A DNA stretch of 64,000 nucleotides from Gracilinanus agilis (taxonomy: Eukaryota): assembly GCF_016433145.1 (NCBI RefSeq), contig NC_058135.1, positions 267,492,781 through 267,556,780 on the forward strand. Direction: 5' to 3'. A program made the position numbers and the translations under genes. Each line of letters starts with the position of its first letter. Within the stretch, counting starts at the first letter, position 1. The notes beneath the pieces were generated by a model. It was not told the DNA's origin and did no database searches. It saw only the letters and a list, made by a program, of their open reading frames with translations. Positions 63,040-64,000 of the stretch are shown in pieces.

Positions 63040-63244
63040 CAGGCAGCTTAGGTGTCTCAGTGGATAGAGAGCCCTGCCTGGAGACAGGAGGTGCTGGGTT
63101 CAAAGGTGGCCTCCAATATTTCCTAGCTGCATGATCTTGGGAAAGTCACTTACCCTCGATTGCCAAGCCTTTACCACTTTTCTGCCTTGGAACCAATACC
63201 TACCATTGATTCTAAGATGGAAGGAAGATATGGGTTTAAAAAAA
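63040..63244 (+). mobile_element. SINE1_Mdo-type SINE abutting the Y-box retrocopy
   Basis: Head ggcagcttaggtgtctcagtggatagagag, tail gggtttaaaaaa. Confidence 0.85.
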
Positions 63245-64000
63245 GGGGTGGGGCATGACTATCTACTTTATGGCTGCAGCCTAAGAACCTCTATCTGATT
63301 TGCAGCCCAAACCTCCCATATGTGTTGTTTTCTCCCATTAGAATGTGAGCTACTGGAGGGCAGTCTTTTCTCTTTGTATCCCCAGCACTTAGCACGGTGC
63401 TTTTCACATAGTAAATTTAATAAATGGTTTATTCATTCATTTATTCATTAATCTAGCCTCTTCTTGAAGAACTTCAGTGAGAAGGATCCTACCACCTCCT
63501 GAGGAAACCCATTTCATTTTTAAACAGCTTTAACGATGGAGAAAATTGTTCTTTACGTTAAGCCTAAATTTGCCTCTCCAAAAATCATCCATTACCCCAA
63601 GCTCTTCCCAGTGAGGACCAAGAAGCACACATCAATCCTTCCATGTCACAGCTCTTCAAATACCTAAAAACAGCTGCCAGGCCTCTCAAAGTCTTCTCCA
63701 GTCCTTTCTACCCATCTTCATATGGCACCAACTTTGGATTGCCAGGGCTCCCTGGATTCCGGTAACAGTAGCCCCTGACACCTCTCAGCCAGAGCCTAAG
63801 GGGGGCTGCTGTCCATGGTAGCCAGGGGAATCCTTCCCAGCCCAAGAAGCAGGGCTGATTCCTGGGTAAGTCCTTTTTGCTTTTGAAAATATTATTTTTT
63901 TCCCCAGCCCCTTCCCTGTCCAGCACACACTTAACACCTTATCTCGAATCACGTGTCCCTGGGACAACATCCTCGGGGGCGGCCAGCCCAGGCCAGGCCT

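Noticed and set aside
63805-63830. GCTGTCCATGGT resembling half of a REST/RE1 site
   Set aside because: The CAGCACC half-site is not matched at the required spacing.
1-64000. CRISPR arrays, operons, prophage, rRNA/tRNA genes
   Set aside because: This is mammalian intron and intergenic DNA. The recurring motifs are dispersed SINE cores, and the tRNA-like A/B boxes belong to SINE heads.

Overview
This is 64 kb of marsupial genomic DNA. The SINE1_Mdo/MAR1-type SINEs, RTE, BovB, L3 and L1 repeats point to a didelphid opossum. Positions 369-22347 hold the last eight coding exons of TTC17 on the + strand, which I spliced by hand with consistent GT-AG phases. The stop codon falls inside an N-gap and the 3' UTR runs to an AATAAA at 23607. 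The remaining ~40 kb is intergenic and dominated by transposable elements, many with readable TSDs and nesting order. Nothing is prokaryotic and there is no CRISPR array. I found no clearly new multi-gene system. The best leads are small: a hAT MITE carrying a near-consensus CTCF core ~0.9 kb past the TTC17 polyA signal; an unrecognised 149-bp foldback element with perfect 27-bp inverted ends; a decayed Y-box (YBX3-like) retrocopy that keeps its 5' end and is missing from the ORF track; four copies of a very short LTR family with 4-bp TSDs; a perfect RFX X-box palindrome; a CpG-retaining YY1 patch; and candidate splice signals of a non-coding transcript. Repeat family names and homologies come from recalled consensus sequences, not database searches. 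Repeat boundaries without a TSD are approximate.
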